Shown one piece after another: positions 43,287-44,466 of a stretch of 44,466 nucleotides of DNA. The stretch spans positions 1 through 44,466 of the IMG/VR virus record IMGVR_UViG_3300045988_053012, one strand, 5' to 3'. Origin of the DNA: a virus. The notes below the pieces were generated by a model. That model ran no database searches, was not told the origin of the DNA, and was given only the letters and a program-made list of their open reading frames with translations. The stretch's first letter is position 1. Each line of letters starts with the position of its first letter. Both the position numbers and the translations under genes were made by a program.

Positions 43287-43816
43287 TTATGGAAAAAGTT
43301 TTGGCAATCAATCCCAATTACACCGTATTTTCGGACGGTCGCATTTTTAGTAAGATTTCCGGTAAATTCTTGAAACCGTGGAAAAGCAACAAAGGTTATC
43401 CAATTGTTTCTTTATGCGATGGAAAAGGCGGACACAAATTTTATTTGTTGCATCGTCTAATTGCAACCGCATTTATTCCGAATCCGGAAAACAAACCGTG
43501 CGTGGACCATTTGGATTGTAACCGTGAAAATTGCGCCGTTGAAAACTTGCGTTGGGTAACGTATTCTGAAAACAACAGAAATCCAATAACGGTAAAAGGT
43601 TTGGCACACGGAAATTCGATGCGCGGACGTTTCGGGCAAAACAATCCGTTATCGAAACGTGTTTTGTGTTATACGCGAAATGGCGATTTGGTTAAATGTT
43701 ATGGCGGCGTACACGAAGCAAGCAGGGAAACAGGAATAAACAAAGGCGATATTGGCGCGTGTTGCCGTGGCAAGAGAAAAACCGCCGGAAATTATATTTG
43801 GAAATATGATAATTGA
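43283..43816 (+). CDS. Free-standing HNH homing endonuclease (NUMOD4 / HNH_3 / NUMOD1-like HTH)
   Basis: 177 aa; YTVFSDGRIFS, VDHLDCNRENCAVENLRWVTYSENNRN and GVHEASRETGINKGDIGACCRGKRKTAGNYIW. Confidence 0.85.
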   Translation: MIMEKVLAINPNYTVFSDGRIFSKISGKFLKPWKSNKGYPIVSLCDGKGGHKFYLLHRLIATAFIPNPENKPCVDHLDCNRENCAVENLRWVTYSENNRNPITVKGLAHGNSMRGRFGQNNPLSKRVLCYTRNGDLVKCYGGVHEASRETGINKGDIGACCRGKRKTAGNYIWKYDN

Positions 43817-44069
43817 ATTTGTATGTTGGGTTGCGGTCGTCGCATTGGCGGCCGCATTCCTGTTGGCGTTGGCGGCAAAATGGAAATGGTTGGAATGGTT
43901 GCAAGTCCACGCGCCAAATGACTTTTTCGAACAACTGTTTAATTGCAAATTCTGTTGTTCGTGGTGGGTTTGCGTCATTATTTCGCTAACTTTATGCGTG
44001 GCAACCGGCCATTGGATATTGTTGGCCGCGCCGATTTGTTCAACGTTGATAACCCGGGAATTATGGTAA
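43806..44069 (+). CDS. Small membrane protein (three TM segments, FNCKFCCSWW motif)
   Basis: 87 aa from ATG 43806 (the track opens the same frame at 43752, inside the HNH gene). Hydrophobic segments VCWVAVVALAAAFLLALAA and WWVCVIISLTLCVATGHWILLAAPI. Confidence 0.5.
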   Translation: MIIEFVCWVAVVALAAAFLLALAAKWKWLEWLQVHAPNDFFEQLFNCKFCCSWWVCVIISLTLCVATGHWILLAAPICSTLITRELW

Positions 44070-44466
44070 CGGCAAAGATTGGAAAACACACCGTGGAATT
44101 TTACGACACAATCGAAGAATTGCCGATTGTGCGTTTCCATAAATATCAAAAGTTGTTGTTGGTTGATGCGGGCATTGGTTCCGACATTGCCGCGTTTGAC
44201 CAGCGCATTGAAAAAACGCGCCGGTTCCTTATGGCCGGTAAACCCGAACAGGCACAACAGGAATTGGAAAATATGCGCCAATGCGTGTTTTTGCTTCAAT
44301 CGGGCGTCAATCCTAAACACCGGGCATTTGCCGCGTTGATAACAAAGATTGATGGCCAAGATTGTACCGACATTGGGGACGATGCGTTGGCCGCCATTAC
44401 GGAAAAGTTGAATGACGTTCCCGAAAGCGAATTGACCGCCCAATTGGAAGCGGTCAAAAAAAAAAT
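44063..44466 (+). CDS. N-terminal part of the junction-spanning gene (continues at 1..501); tail assembly chaperone candidate
   Basis: ATG 44063 overlaps the upstream stop (ATGGTAA). The frame is open to the window end and is in phase with 1..501 through the 119-bp overlap. Confidence 0.5.
   Translation, partial: MVTAKIGKHTVEFYDTIEELPIVRFHKYQKLLLVDAGIGSDIAAFDQRIEKTRRFLMAGKPEQAQQELENMRQCVFLLQSGVNPKHRAFAALITKIDGQDCTDIGDDALAAITEKLNDVPESELTAQLEAVKKK
44348..44466. repeat. Terminal direct repeat (right copy), identical to 1..119
   Basis: Exact 119-bp identity with the window start. Confidence 0.95.

Noticed and set aside
1-44466. Genome-wide stop-codon reassignment, as seen in some Bacteroidota phages, as the explanation for the in-frame stops.
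   Set aside because: TAA, TAG and TGA all terminate well-defined genes with tight downstream starts (for example TGA ends the holin, TAG ends 10231..10617 and TAA ends most others). No suppressor-type tRNA (anticodon UUA, CUA or UCA) is present. Only local read-through or mutation remains plausible.

Overview
The window is a complete tailed dsDNA phage genome, siphovirus-like (1164-aa tape measure) and assembled as a circle. Bases 1-119 repeat exactly at 44348-44466, so the unique length is 44,347 bp, and one gene (44063..44466 plus 1..501) wraps the junction. All ~76 protein genes I accept are on the + strand; the long minus-strand ORFs in the track are antisense shadows.

Gene order:
- tail-chaperone candidate, tape measure, three tail/fibre proteins;
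- lysis cassette: holin, Amidase_3 endolysin, membrane-anchored coiled-coil protein;
- about 21 kb of small early genes in short operons with Bacteroidota-type promoters (TTTG at -33, TAnnTTTG at -7). These carry recombination and replication functions: PD-(D/E)XK nuclease, initiator with an internal iteron origin, RuvC-like resolvase, MazG-like protein, SMC/Rad50-like ATPase, DnaQ-like exonuclease, SSB and ASCH;
- two tRNAs (Gln-UUG, Leu-CAA) flanking a structured 96-nt RNA;
- packaging and head genes: TerS candidate, GNAT, TerL, portal candidate, scaffold, major capsid;
- head-tail genes with an inserted HNH homing endonuclease.

I saw no integrase, repressor, DNA polymerase, CRISPR array or reverse transcriptase.

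Most notable observations:
- GATC is completely absent from 44.4 kb (read by eye).
- A covarying leader hairpin with a conserved CCGGTT-type loop recurs six times just upstream of first cistrons. Together with a strong terminator abutting the replication module, it suggests a nut/boxB-like antitermination or leader-control circuit.
- A second family of GNRA-tetraloop intercistronic hairpins occurs four times.
- Two early ORFs are interrupted by an in-frame TAA, one of them next to the phage tRNA-Gln(UUG).

All functional calls come from motifs read by eye and from synteny; no database search was possible.
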